A program made the translations under genes and the position numbers. From Chrysomallon squamiferum (Eukaryota > Animalia > Mollusca), in assembly GCA_012295275.1 (NCBI GenBank), contig CM022669.1:19344001-19408000 (forward strand): a DNA stretch of 64,000 nucleotides. The letters run 5' to 3'. The notes beneath the pieces were generated by a model, which did not search any database, was not told the DNA's origin, and saw only the letters and a program-made list of their open reading frames with translations. Positions 30,065-44,469 of the stretch are shown in pieces; positions within the stretch are counted from its first letter, which is position 1; each line of letters starts with the position of its first letter.

Positions 30065-31259
30065 TGCTTGAAATTTACACAACCACTGTTTGCTTAAGTT
30101 TACTTAATCTTTCGATTCAATGGACAAATAATAAAAAAAAAAACTCTAATGAACAAGTCTCAAGGTGGGAAATCTGTAGCCAAATGTGATGCAGTGAGGG
30201 AATAAATGTGACCACCAAATATTTCTCTGCACACTTTTTTTTTTGCAAGCAAGCTGTCGTCGACGGCAGCCCTGAATAAAATGGCCAATTTATAAACTGT
30301 TGACATTCATCACCCAGTCTGACTTGAAACAACAACCTGTACTGTTTGTTCAAGAATTTGTCCGGGACAAAAGGTCGTTTGTTTTTCATATTCATGTCAG
30401 CTATGTGCAACTGAAATTCAGCAAGTTTGCTTCTCCAACAAGGGAATATGTGTGTCCACAAACAGATACCTGCTAAGCCAGTGATGAAATGGTATTGTGT
30501 GTTAACAGTGCCTGCGTTAAATGTTTTAAAAAAAATGAGGAAAACACAGACGAAATAAATGGTGACAAAATCCAGACCTAATGATTTCAAAGAAAAAAGA
30601 CATACCAAAAGAATTAACATGTATTAGCTGATGTAAATTGATGCTTGTGAAATTATAATGTTGTTTGTCAAGGCCAATGTTGAAGAAAGTTTTTTGTTTA
30701 CATCCTTTCTGAAATTTTTTCACTCTGTTGTGAACAAGTGGTGATGTAAATTTAATTTTCTATTTTACCAAGCGACAAAGTATTTGTAATAATAAATTAC
30801 ACCTACATTATGTTTTATGTACATACATAGACACACACACACACACACACACACATACATGCATGCAAGACGCATAATAACACACACACACACACACACT
30901 TTTGTTGAACAAGAAGGGAAATATCCAGCACAATATTCTTTTTAATTTTTATTTCATTTGTTTGGTTGCTCACATGTGTTTCGTTTTGAATTTTAAAGAA
31001 AACATTTTCCTTATACATCCATAGAATTCAAATTTATGTGCATGGTTCATGTTTGTGCACCAATGGTTACTATCAAACTGATCCAAACCTTTTCACTTTT
31101 CTTTATTCTAAGCATACAGTGATCATTTAAGTTCATTCAATTAAACAACTCAAATTTTGTTTATAATACAAAGTTTATACTAAATAAATATATAATGAAT
31201 GAAAGTTTATTTATATCTGTCAAACCACTTCCTTCACATTTTTTATGTAAAAACAGCTG

Positions 31260-31293
<34 letters not shown>

Positions 31294-32229
31294 TTTATTA
31301 TTATTATTATTATATATTTTAAAAATGCCTTGCTTTTTGTTTGTTTATTTATTTTAAATTGTTGGCAGTAAGGCAATATGCAATACATTATTATATGTTA
31401 CATACAAATTCTATTAATAAATCCAGATCAATGTGATCATACTACATGCATGGTCATGCACATCTTCAAAGGACAAAATTGTATACATACTTTCTTGATG
31501 TGTCAATCATGGCATTCTAACCAGGAACAGTTATAAAAAGTATTACATTGTGATTATGATTATGTATTACAACAACATTAATACCATGTTACTAAATGGA
31601 TGTTTTACAATGTTTAAGTTTCTGTATATTTACAATATATGCTTGTATATAATTTAAGTCCAGATTTCACAGTAATTGCTTATATACTGCCATGCTTAAA
31701 ATAAACAACATGAAAATACTTGTCATAATTTAGATAACAACCAATCAAAATACTGAGAGAGACAGTAAAGACAGAAAGAAAAAGACTGTGCTAGCATGTG
31801 TATGTCTGTCTGTATATGTTAACAAAATTAACTCTTTGGATTTGTTTTTTGATTTTTTAAAAAATTAAAATTAAAATTAAAGGGATGTATTGGTGTTTTT
31901 ACTGTTTTTTTCATACTGCCAATGTTTTCCTTGTCACATTAAATCTACTAGTTTCAACTTCCTGTGCAAATTAATCTACATTTTTATATATATATATATG
32001 CACAATCTTTCTTCTTTGGCACCAAGTTTAGTGATCAACACCATTACTAGTTATACTATGAACACTAATTAAATGTGCATGTATACACTACTGGTTACCT
32101 ACTTTGAAAACTGACAACATGTACATGTATTGGCTATTTACACTGTGGTTAACTGAACATAAATCATATTACTAATTATTCTAATCTGTAAAATGAATAA
32201 TATGTCATAAATCTCTAGGTAAGAAAGCC

Positions 32230-32274
<45 letters not shown>

Positions 32275-34266
32275 AAATTAAATGAAATAAACTGTTAGGC
32301 ATAAAAACATTATTTTAATTTAAAAACAAAACACATGGTACAATTTTTTCTTTCTCTCTTTCAGCACTTTTTAAAACTCAATCTATAAAACACGAACACA
32401 AACTTTTTTCTTCTTTTTTTTTCTTAACTGATTTAATTTGTAAATATTTCTACCTGGTACAGGTAAATACTGCTGTATGTACAGAACATGTTCCAGTTTT
32501 CTCCTTGTTCTAATGTGATTACAGTATCCATACAAGAGTCAAATTGTTCTAAAAATACATTTGTTAGTCAGCAGTGACAAGCAGAATATAGAACCAGCGT
32601 GACGTTATTTCAGGCACATGGATGTGTAGTTTCTTTAAAAATAAACCTAAGGTAACAGTGCCTTCTTCCCTGAAGTTAACATGTACAGAGCAAAATTGTT
32701 TAATACACAGTGTGACATACAGCAGTTTCATAGCAGCACAGTCTGAAGAAATATTAATTTGTTTAAATTATATTTTTGTACTGTATTAGAAAATGTACAG
32801 TCTGAGGAAATATTAGTTTGTTTAGATTTAATATCATTTAATTTTTGTTTTTGCAGTGTATTAAAATGTGTTAATACATGGTGTAACATATAAAACAGTT
32901 TAATACTGGCACAGTCTGAGCAAACATTAATTTGTTTAAAAATAAGATCATTTGATTTTTTGTTTTTGCAGTGAAACAACAAATGTTCAGTACATGATGT
33001 GCAAACAAATTTAATTATGGTTCTCTTCAAGGAAATATTAATTTGTTTAAATATGATATTATTGAATTTTTTTCTCAATGAAATAAAAAGTACTTGTATA
33101 CAGTGTGACATATTGCACATTAATATTGATATACTTCCAGCATATACTTATTTGTTTAGTAAAAGTAGTATCATTTCTGATTCTTATCTAATAAAAAATG
33201 TAAAAATACCTGTTACATTACATAAATTACTATTATTATTATTATTTTTTTTTTTTTTTAATGGTTATATAGGCCTATTTATCATAAACACTGAAAATTA
33301 AAACATGTTTTAATGTAAAATCATGCATAATCTTATGTTTTTATATATATAATATAAAATAAATAAATAAATAAACAAATAAAAATTAAAAGTCACTACA
33401 AGATGTCAGTATGAGATATGCAGAAGTGTACTAAACTTGTTACTCACTATGTACAATAAACATTTTAATCTGATCAGATTATCATAGACACTGCTTTGGG
33501 CAACATAAATTCCTTTCAAGTTATGAATCACCACTTTATTTTTAATCTATATATTAAAGGTTTCATACCCGCCAGTCACAAACAGTATATAAATTAACAT
33601 ATATCACGGTGTGCAATATCATTTAACCCCTTTCAAGGTTGTATTTAAGTGTGGGTTTTTTCTTTCATACTTGATCTCATGGTGCTATTACATTAATAAA
33701 TAAATGAAATATAAGAAAACTGGAATCTGCTGTATTAGGCTGAATGGATGCTGATACTGAAACACATTTTAATGTAAAAGGTTGGTAAGCATTGTTCTGA
33801 AAGAAGAAATCTACTGATATCATCTTGGTATATAACCTGACCAATTAGCAGTGAGTTATGTTTTACAAATAATTTAATTCTGCAAAAATACATTTGTTAT
33901 AAATCAGGCAAGAGCATCTCTGTTTGACAAATGGGCCACATAAGAACATGGACCATCACCAGATGGGCCATATAAGTAATAAATGTTATTTTCTTTGGGA
34001 AATTTGGTGTGCAATTAATAAAAGGCCTCATGGCCCCCAGTTTGCCCATGATTGTTACAAATCCTTGCATTCATTTTGTCACATAATTTTTGTGGCTATT
34101 TGTGGATGACAATATGAAATATAATTTCTTTTTAAGAGTTGAAAAGTTATAGAAATAATTCTTGAACTTCTGGACTTTATATGCAATAGCTCCATACTGA
34201 TTAAGCTGCATAAACTTAAAAGAAATAGCCATATGACTTGATACATAGTGCCACATATATACAAAA

Positions 34267-34301
<35 letters not shown>

Positions 34302-34683
34302 CATAACTACATACCAAAATTCACACACATACATACATATATTCATAACTATAGTCCCAAATTAACACATAGACACACACACATTGTATCATGGTAAGAT
34401 TAGATCACTGAACCTCCCATTCTTCAAGCATAAGCTGTCAACCTTGAACTCAAAAGAACAAAACGAACATCATGGTACAGATTGATAAAGTACAGGAAAC
34501 ATTTGTAAACAACAGGAAACAATTTTGTATTAAAGTAAAAGTGCTGAATGGTTTTAGTAACTGAACATGTTAATTATAAAATGTATGTTGGAGAGGCTTT
34601 CTACATTAGTAACTTATTCTCAAACTTTGAAACTCTTTGATGCTGTGCACTGATTTTTGTGCAGAAATATATGTTCATGTGTC

Positions 34684-34729
<46 letters not shown>

Positions 34730-36592
34730 CATCATCATCATTATTATTTCTTAATCAAAACAAAATATATTTTCTATGAATCATTATCATATAAATCAAG
34801 CCTTCTGCTGCAGGTTCTTACTATAGGCTGTTGTTATTATTTTTAACAAAATTAATCAAATAATGATTGATGACAAAGATACCATAGAATAAAAATACAG
34901 GTAAATATATAAATATGTTATTAAATCTATTAACAATTAAAATACAGTATATGTATCGCTAATATGAAGTCAGATGTTAAATTTTAACTTCTTTCTTTTT
35001 GTCTGTATTTTGTTTGTTTTTTGTTGTTTTTTGTTTTGTTTTTTTGTTTTGTTGTTTGTTTTTTACTTAGTTGTTAAGTTCTTTTCTATTATTTATTTAT
35101 TTAATTCAAGTTTTCTTTTTATAACAGTCCTGGGATTTTTTATTATTATTCACTGAAAATATATTAATCTGTAATATTTTAAAATTTTCAAAATACATTT
35201 TAAAAATCCCCAATAAATTTCAAACTTTTTTTTCAAACTAAACTATTTCACCATTTCATAAAGAAATGTGATCTGTCTGACCATCTGTTGTCTTGAATAG
35301 TTGATTAGCATAACAATAAGTTATATAAATTTCCAATTTAAAATTGCCTCTTCTTTGGAAGAATCTTACCAGAGCCATAAAATTAGCATACAGGTATCAC
35401 AATTGTAATTTAGTCTCATTTTTGTTATGAAGTGCACATAATACTGAAATATGGTTTAGTTAAACGTAATTCATTTCTTTTCTTTAAATTTACATTTTAT
35501 AAGAAAAAAACACTTAAGAATATTAATATTAATGTTAAGCATTGTATTAATAAATAAGATATTAATAATAAAACAGCAGTAAAAAGATCTGTTACATTAT
35601 TAGAAACACAAAATAACACAAACTAATAATAAAATATTAATTAAAACTATGTATTAAAGTGTAAGTAATAAAAAATAAAAACAATAACATTGTAATACAG
35701 TGATACCTATACATAAATATTTAAATAAAAACAATGTAATACTAGAACAAAAATGTATTACACTAATGCAGTACACAGCAATATAGGAATATTGTACTGA
35801 ATAAAGTAGTTTCTTGTTACATATGCTTATTTATTTTATATTGTAGTATTGTATTGAAATTTCTCACTAGATGAAGTATAAAAACATCTGTTGCTATGAT
35901 AAAATAATGGGAATATCTTATTACAATTTTTAATGTTTCTTCAATAATAAATATCATTGCTTTAAATACACTGACATGAAGTTTTTTTTATTTATAAAAA
36001 CGTAAATTACATTTAAAATTATAATTTGAAATCACTTTTTTTTTAATTCTAATTGTTAAAATTTGATCTTGTTCTGGTTGGTTATGATTTAAATAAAACA
36101 TTTACATATAACAGAATGCTAACAAAACTTTAATGTTCCAACGATTTTTCCACCTTGATGGTTTTACAATTGAAGATGAATAGCAATGTTTTCATTTCTG
36201 TTTTACAATGTATTGTTTTATACCCATGTATACATACAAACATACATACATACATACATACATACAAATATTCCTGAAGTTTTCTTTTTTCCCCTCTCCT
36301 CTGATATGCAAATTTTGAATTCATCATTATAAAGATTATACACAAAACCAGTAACTTAACTCTGAACTAGATGAGCGAAACTTTTAATATTTATTTCCTC
36401 GACAAGGACAGATGAGGAGTGATTCATTCTTTCTACACCTCTGTACAGAAACAGTGACCTGATACACTGTTAACAACAGTGTTGTAACACAGCTTTCACT
36501 GCAAATACTCATCTGTCACATACTGTAGCATAATATCCTGTAATTATTACTTTTTAAATCTTTATTTTTGTTGTAACATCAATAATTTTACA

Positions 36593-36685
<93 letters not shown>

Positions 36686-37041
36686 TTAAAATAATGTGAA
36701 TCTTTTTTATATTAATTTTTCATATATTTTAAATATTATTTACTACAAATTTAAAACATATGGGGATGTGGAGTAGTTCAATGGTCACAGCATTCTTAAC
36801 ATGAATTAGAGATCACATGGATAAGTCTTTAGTCAACTTTTTTACATAAATGATTATATTATTAACTTCTGTCGTAGAATGAAACTCACACAATTTCCTC
36901 ACAATGGGCTGCTTTATTAAAATATAGCAAGTAATATTTTATAAGTAACTTTTCCACAGACAGAAAAGCACATACCTTGTACTTTGGTAGCTAAATTGTG
37001 GTGACATCTCAATCAAGGATCCCAACTACTTCACTAAATAC

Positions 37042-37125
<84 letters not shown>

Positions 37126-37559
37126 CCTGAGTCAAATAAATTAATTACTTCATTAAAATTTACAAACAACACTGTATATTTTTCAACATAAACATAATTT
37201 TATAATGTTTACATAAGATGTTGTGTCTTAATCTTTATATCCACTAATAAATTTCAGATATATCTCTCTAGCCACAGGGACATTCTCAAACAGGTAGGCA
37301 GTACAGATATATATATATATATATTGCATCTATGTAATGTGTGATGTAACTTCGGTATTACATCCTCACATTACCTGTATTGCTGTCAATCTAAATGAAC
37401 CCAAAGGCAGTATAGGTGAAGTATATCATAGAGTCCCAGGCTACTTATGTGTCCATTACATAGCAGTTTAATACAAGATCATTACATAATAGTTTAAAAC
37501 ATACTGAGTCAGTGAATTAGAAATAGTTTTTGTTACTGTACTCTGTTTCTCTTTTTGTT

Positions 37560-37614
<55 letters not shown>

Positions 37615-38857
37615 TATCATTATTATTTTGTAGTTGTTGTTTGGTTTTTAACTAAAGCTCCTGCAGTGTATTTTTCTACATTAACAACTTTTGTGTACCA
37701 GAAATTTAGGATTACTCATTCAGAATTCTAACATTATATAATACTATTATACCATTTTTATCTAAAAATAAAATAAAATAAAAATCAGTATTGTAAAAAA
37801 AAATGTTTTTCTGTTCCAGAATATCTAATATCTAATCCCATCAAGATTCGACTCATAATTTCTGAGAATTATACTGTCAGTATTTACAGCAAAGAATTTA
37901 TCGCTCACACCAACAGACATAATTCACCTAATTTAATTCTGTGGCTGATGTGCTCAGCCATTGACACATGCAAATTAAATTAGCTTTTTCACCTCCTGAC
38001 ATTTGATGGTCAACTAACTGGAACATGTGGTATACGGGCTGGTATGTCACAGCACACATACACTTACAAACATGTTGATAGCTACTCTGAGCTCCATACT
38101 TAATGTGAAACCACAGACTGGCAGGAAACTGAACAAGAAACAAAGGATTAAAGTTTAGACCAGTATATAAAATCTATATATACAGTGGATTTTGTTTTCC
38201 AAAAGGATGGTGTTTTGTACATTTTTATTATTTGTAAGTTGTCCATATTATAAAGAAAAGAAACATGTAAAAATAATAATAATAAAATAATAATAATAAT
38301 AATTAGAAGAAGAAAAAAAAACATAATGAAATAACCCAAAGAACAAGTTTCTAAAAGATTTAAATTATTGTCTGAAGTTAATCATCTATGTTTCTTTTGA
38401 TTTCTGTTTATTCAAGTTAAATGTCAGAATAAAATTAAAATCAAACTTTCTCTAATATTTCATTACATATTAAGAATTTATTTTATTATTGTTTTTTAAT
38501 GAAATATTCTTCATTTACAATTACAGTGATTATATGTAGCATTTTCAAATACAACCAATCAATAACAAATTGATTTTCTAAATCTCCCTCATTTCTACCT
38601 CAGTACAGAAATCTGTTATTATTTCTAATTCTCTAAGATTTACAGCAGCTGTCACTTCCTTTATGTTATGAATAGATTCTGCTGAACAGAGAAATTACTT
38701 TTTATTATGTCTACTTAACCATGAAATATACAAAAGAAATATTTTATATTTATTTTCTCTCTTTCGTTGTTTTTCTTTCATCATGGAGTTTTCTGCTGAC
38801 AAATCATACTAAAAAACAAACAAACAAACAAACAAAAAAACAAAAAAAATAGTTAAG

Positions 38858-38899
<42 letters not shown>

Positions 38900-39179
38900 T
38901 TTGTAAAATATGTTAGTGTGTCATTAATAAAACACCTCCCAGCATTTTCCAGCATTCAGACAATTAATGTTAAATGGATATTGAAATTTTTAATGCATGT
39001 TAAATGTTTCTTAAAAAAAGAAAAAAAGTCAGTATTGATATTTTATAGTGCTTTGGGGGCTTTTCTACTTCAGCAAAGCATTAAAAACAAATGACTGATA
39101 ATAAATGAACCAGAAAAATAGTCTCTAAATAGTAAGCTAAATAATAATAAATATTAAATAAATAAATAAAAGAAACAGA

Positions 39180-39236
<57 letters not shown>

Positions 39237-42200
39237 AAAATAAATAAAAAAAGAACAAGAATTACAGAAAATGTCTTTAAAAATCTTTTACTGAAATATA
39301 AAGAAATATACTGTAATTGGAACATGGAAAACATTAGTTGAATCTTTCAGTAATATTTGATCCTACAAGCTATCATCCGTGAAGCATAGACTGATGTCCA
39401 TGACCCAAGATTTTTTTTGGGGGGGGGGATGTAAAGGATTAGCTAACACAGACAGCTCAACACATACCATTATTTTTAATTATAGTCTGCTCCTCATTGT
39501 CAAAGTGACCAGCATCCATTCATTTCCTTTAATAACTACTATTTTTAATTTTATACACTTTGTCTGAATAATACCTGCTGATGTCTGTCCGAGGGTGAGT
39601 TTGAGTGTGTTTCTATGTGTGTATATATCTGTCCTATTTATTAATTACTACAGTATGATAGAAACAGAAAGTAACAAAACATATCTTAGTTTTTTTACCC
39701 TTTGTCTTACTCATAATTACACCAGTCCATAACATTCACATCAAATTCATATTTATTTACACACATTAAAACTCGTTTTCCCTTTTTCCAAGATAATAAA
39801 AACTTAAACTTTGTTTTCCTTTTCTGAGTATTTTCAAAAATTACATACTGAATGACTCTGTGTTAATGACTAGGTGCTACGGAGTTTCCACTTGATACAT
39901 GAAAAGGATCAAAGGATGTGATGTGTGTTAAGTAACAGCCTTCCAAAACAAAATGTCCTGCTGTAAAATAGATGTCTGCACATCTCAAGTGACAAGTAAC
40001 ATTGTGTATGACATCACTGTCTACTGTCTGTATAAAACAGGATAAGGAAATACTTTCAGTGCAAAATGAAATACAGATATTTTATGTATTTATCTGTGTG
40101 AGTTTGTGTTTGTGGAAAGAAATAAAGTGAAAAAGATACAGGCACATAAAGAGACATAGAGAAGTAGAGAAAGTTAAAGGAAAGGTAGAGATCTAAAGAA
40201 ACTGAGAAATTGACACATGTAATAGTCTTGAAATATGATCTACGGTTAAATAAAAGATAATAGGATTTTGATACAAGATGATCTTGACATTCGTAATATC
40301 TGAAATAACCAGAAGTCAAAATAGAAAGCTTTTAGTATTAAAGATCAATAATAAGAACATAAACAATATATCAAACGAATATTCGTTTGATATAAAGACT
40401 ATAATTTCACCTACATTTAGCTGCATTATGTAAGCTGTATTTAATACAGTCCAATAAATGTGGTTATTTGATAGCAGATTTGTAATTATGTATACAACAT
40501 GCTTTATAAGGTTTATAACCTTGAGAGCAATGTAAATTCATGCTGAAAATGTAATTCAGTTAAATATCCAAAGTTAAGAAGGGGCCAATGAAGCTCATTA
40601 AACAGTAATTACAGTTTTTAATTATTTTATATAATATACATACCACCATTCATTTTATAATAGCAAAAAAATAATTTGATTTGTTTCCTTTGAAAACTGT
40701 TTTGAAATAGGACAGTCAATAAAAATTAAAGTGATTATGACATGTCTTTCTGTTTAAATTTTATATACACACATACTGAGGATTAGAATCATTGTGAGTC
40801 ATCATTAAATGTTCAGTGTGGTACTACAAGCTACTTCTTGCACATTATAATAATGATACAATGTTAAGAAAATTATCTTTTATTATTATTGTTATTGTTG
40901 TTGTTATTACTAGTACTATTACTACTACTACTATGTAAATTTTAAGGTTATACTGAACAAAGCAGCATCATGTATTACATAGTTATCAGTTTTGAAAATT
41001 ATGTTCATACTGCTACTAAGTATTAAATCTTTTTTTTTTTTCAAATAAAACTACGTAATTACCACAAAAATAACTTCAGTACTTAAAAATGTTTTGGTGG
41101 CAGTGAAAATAGGAGTTGTGTATAAACCACAAAAGACACCTGGCTGAGATCATGATACTGAATCTTAGTAAGACAAAGAGATGTCACTTTGTATGTACCA
41201 GCTCACAGTATCATCTTTTTATTTACTGCTAACCCTATCTTACAGTTTACACACAAAAAAAAAAAAACATGTAGAATCCTTGTAACATTGAGTACAAAAT
41301 ATTTTCTCTACCCAGCAAATATCATCTGTCTCAAAACCAAACGAGTGAAATTCCTGCATGACTTTACAAGATATTCACTTGTATATAAAAAATTATAGAA
41401 AACTAAAACAACGAGGTTATATTAACCTCTGTATGTTACAGTAAGTTTGTATCAAAATTAAAACTCTGCAGGGCAGGTTTAATGATGTATTTCTTATACA
41501 AGACATGTCACATTTAATTTTAACTGTACATGAACAAGTAGTGCTAGGTAGTGAGTCACAGAGTCTTTCTTGGCATACATGTTGGTTAAAGGGTGTTGTC
41601 TCTTCCGCTGACATGTGTTAATGCTTCAGACACTTCCTTAACATGTGGGTATATATATAAATCTGTATATCACTGCTGACTGTTAATATATATACAAGTA
41701 TAAACACACACAGATCTAAGTATTGCATGACAGGATAGCATGCAAATCCTTTGCTATTATCTGTTAATATATATATATAATTGCACCTTTGGTGAATATT
41801 AAAGAAATGCATTGTGATGTTAATTTCCTTACAATCTCAAATACACATAAACAGTTTTATGAATACAGGTATACTGCCATAGAAAAATGACAGTCTTTTT
41901 CAATCATGTATCTGTATTACTTAACACAAAACTTTAAACAGGAATTTATCACATACACACAAATTTATACCCCCTACACACAAATGTGAGCATGCACATA
42001 CACACCAGAATCCCCAAAATAAAACTATTAGTATTGTATAGTAATTGCTGGAACAAAATAAGTCTCTCTGGGTCATTCCATGTCAAATGACCCCCAAAAT
42101 TGACTGTCTCAGATTTTTATAAAACTTGGTATACTTGTTGACTGGGATCCCACAGCACCAAACCTGAAATTTTAGCCCAATCTGACCAGTGGTGTGGGAG

Positions 42201-42727
42201 ATATGGCCCACCAAATTTTGAGATTTTTGGCAAAAATGGGTGTGACCACCAACCTTAGAACCCTCATATCTCAGGAACTACTGGGCCAATCTTCATAAAA
42301 TTGGTGTTGTTAGAAAGGCAAAATGACAAGGATTCCAAATATGCCATTTTTGTTCAGTTTGGAAAATACTGGAGTACCTTGGCCTTTTGACCTTTGCTAT
42401 GACCTTGAAATTGACCGTTGAAATTTAATCTCCCACATGTTAACTAAAACATATAAAAGTTTCCTGGGTGTAATATTTTTTGTTTAGCCACAATATAGAT
42501 TTAAAAATGCACATACATGAAAATAACACCTTTTCAGCCATTGGAATCCTTGTCATTTTGCCTTTCTAACAACACCAATTCTGAGATGGTCGGGTTAAAA
42601 CCATTGGGTGATTTGACATGGAATGACCCCTCTGTACTTAAAATGTAACTGAATATTTAGTCTAATGTCTTACAATATATGTTCAGATGTAAATAAAAAC
42701 TGGTCAACACATACACACAACCAATCC

Positions 42728-42776
<49 letters not shown>

Positions 42777-43048
42777 GTATTGGTGCTTTGTGTTTAACAG
42801 ACTGGTGACAAAACACCAGACACAGTAGTGGCTTGTCAGATTAGTAATGGAACACTGAAAACACAGTGGCCTTGTTATCTTCCACTTAACAGGAGATAGT
42901 GTCAGGATGTGATGTCAGAGACTTGGTGACTGCAGCTATAGCAGAAGCTCAATGTAGTGCTTGATTAAACACAATTATATATCTTTCGTTAAATACTATA
43001 AAAGCATAATCTGCCTTCATATAAATGTGTTTTGAATTATGATATATA

Positions 43049-43092
<44 letters not shown>

Positions 43093-43587
43093 TATGTGTA
43101 TATGTGTCTTACTGTCTGTATGTACATATGTATATATATATATATATGTATGTCGTACATGTATATGTATTTTAGGATTTTGAATATTCTCTGTCATATG
43201 TACATCTGATTACTCTGACAATATTCTGGAACACACTTGTGTAGGATAAAGTTCAATCACAACTTCACAAACCTTGTCATATGCCGTTGGCAAGATTTGA
43301 ACATATGGCACCCATTTGCCTGCACTCCTAAGGCAGATGATTTCACTGTTTGGCCATCAAGACAACCTAGTGTATGTGTATGTGCGTGCGTGTGTGTATG
43401 TATGGATTCGTGTGAGCATGCATTGTGTATTAATGTGTCTGCCTATATATATATATATGTTGTAATCCGGATATAATTATAGACACAACTTACTATATAT
43501 TTGTAAGCTGTATGTATATCTATTAAGAAAAGGATTTCTTATTCAAAAACGAGTTATATTCTTTTAGCTTATTACTAGAAAAAAACA

Positions 43588-43627
<40 letters not shown>

Positions 43628-44384
43628 GAATATGTAAATTATAGTTACACTGAACAATCATGTAATCAATAATAATAATTCTTGTAGCTGTAGTATTAGT
43701 AAAACTATTACTTCTACAGTTATTACTATCAAAACTACTACTACTATTACCAAAACAACAACAATAATAATAATATTTCAAAAAGAAGAATGCTGCAAAA
43801 ATTAACTGAAATTGGTTGTTAATAAATGACCAGACAATGGTGTACTCAAAAAATGTGGCCCTGAGATGAATGACAGACTAGAAAATCTGTCACACTGTAT
43901 ACATGGTGATTGATGGCAGAGGTAATAACATATGTTATACTGACATAAACAACATGCTACATAGCATTCATATATTCACACACACATATTATACATGTAA
44001 GTATATCTTACATTTTGGCTTCTTCCAGGTGACATAAGTATTCATAAGCTATATTCATCCTCCTTTGTTCATCCATTTCATCAGCAGAAAGCCTGGAATC
44101 ATCCAGAGCTAAAATATAATAATAATAATAATAATAATAATATAAATTAATAACAAATAATAATAAATAATAATTTAAAAATAAAAAATTAATAAAATTA
44201 ATTTAAAAAATTAAAAATAAAAGGTTCATATGTTTATTTATTTTTATTATTTTTATTTTTTATATCTGATTTAAATATTTGAATTCTGCCCTGGAGTAAT
44301 AATATGGACTATTGGGAATAACAGTTTATTTTATTACCTTTAAAAAAGGTCCTTTTTATTATTATTATTAAATAATAGTTTTTA

Positions 44385-44469
<85 letters not shown>

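Noticed and set aside
30117-30620. 167-aa minus-strand ORF as a nested gene
   Set aside because: Non-ATG start, no recognisable domain or splice support; better explained as the antisense of a decayed transposon
38068-38128. Cassette exon candidate in IQGAP intron 2 (TTGTTCAG / GTAAGT)
   Set aside because: 61 nt (or 50 nt) would frameshift at the start of the CH domain; no supporting motifs, likely a pseudo-exon
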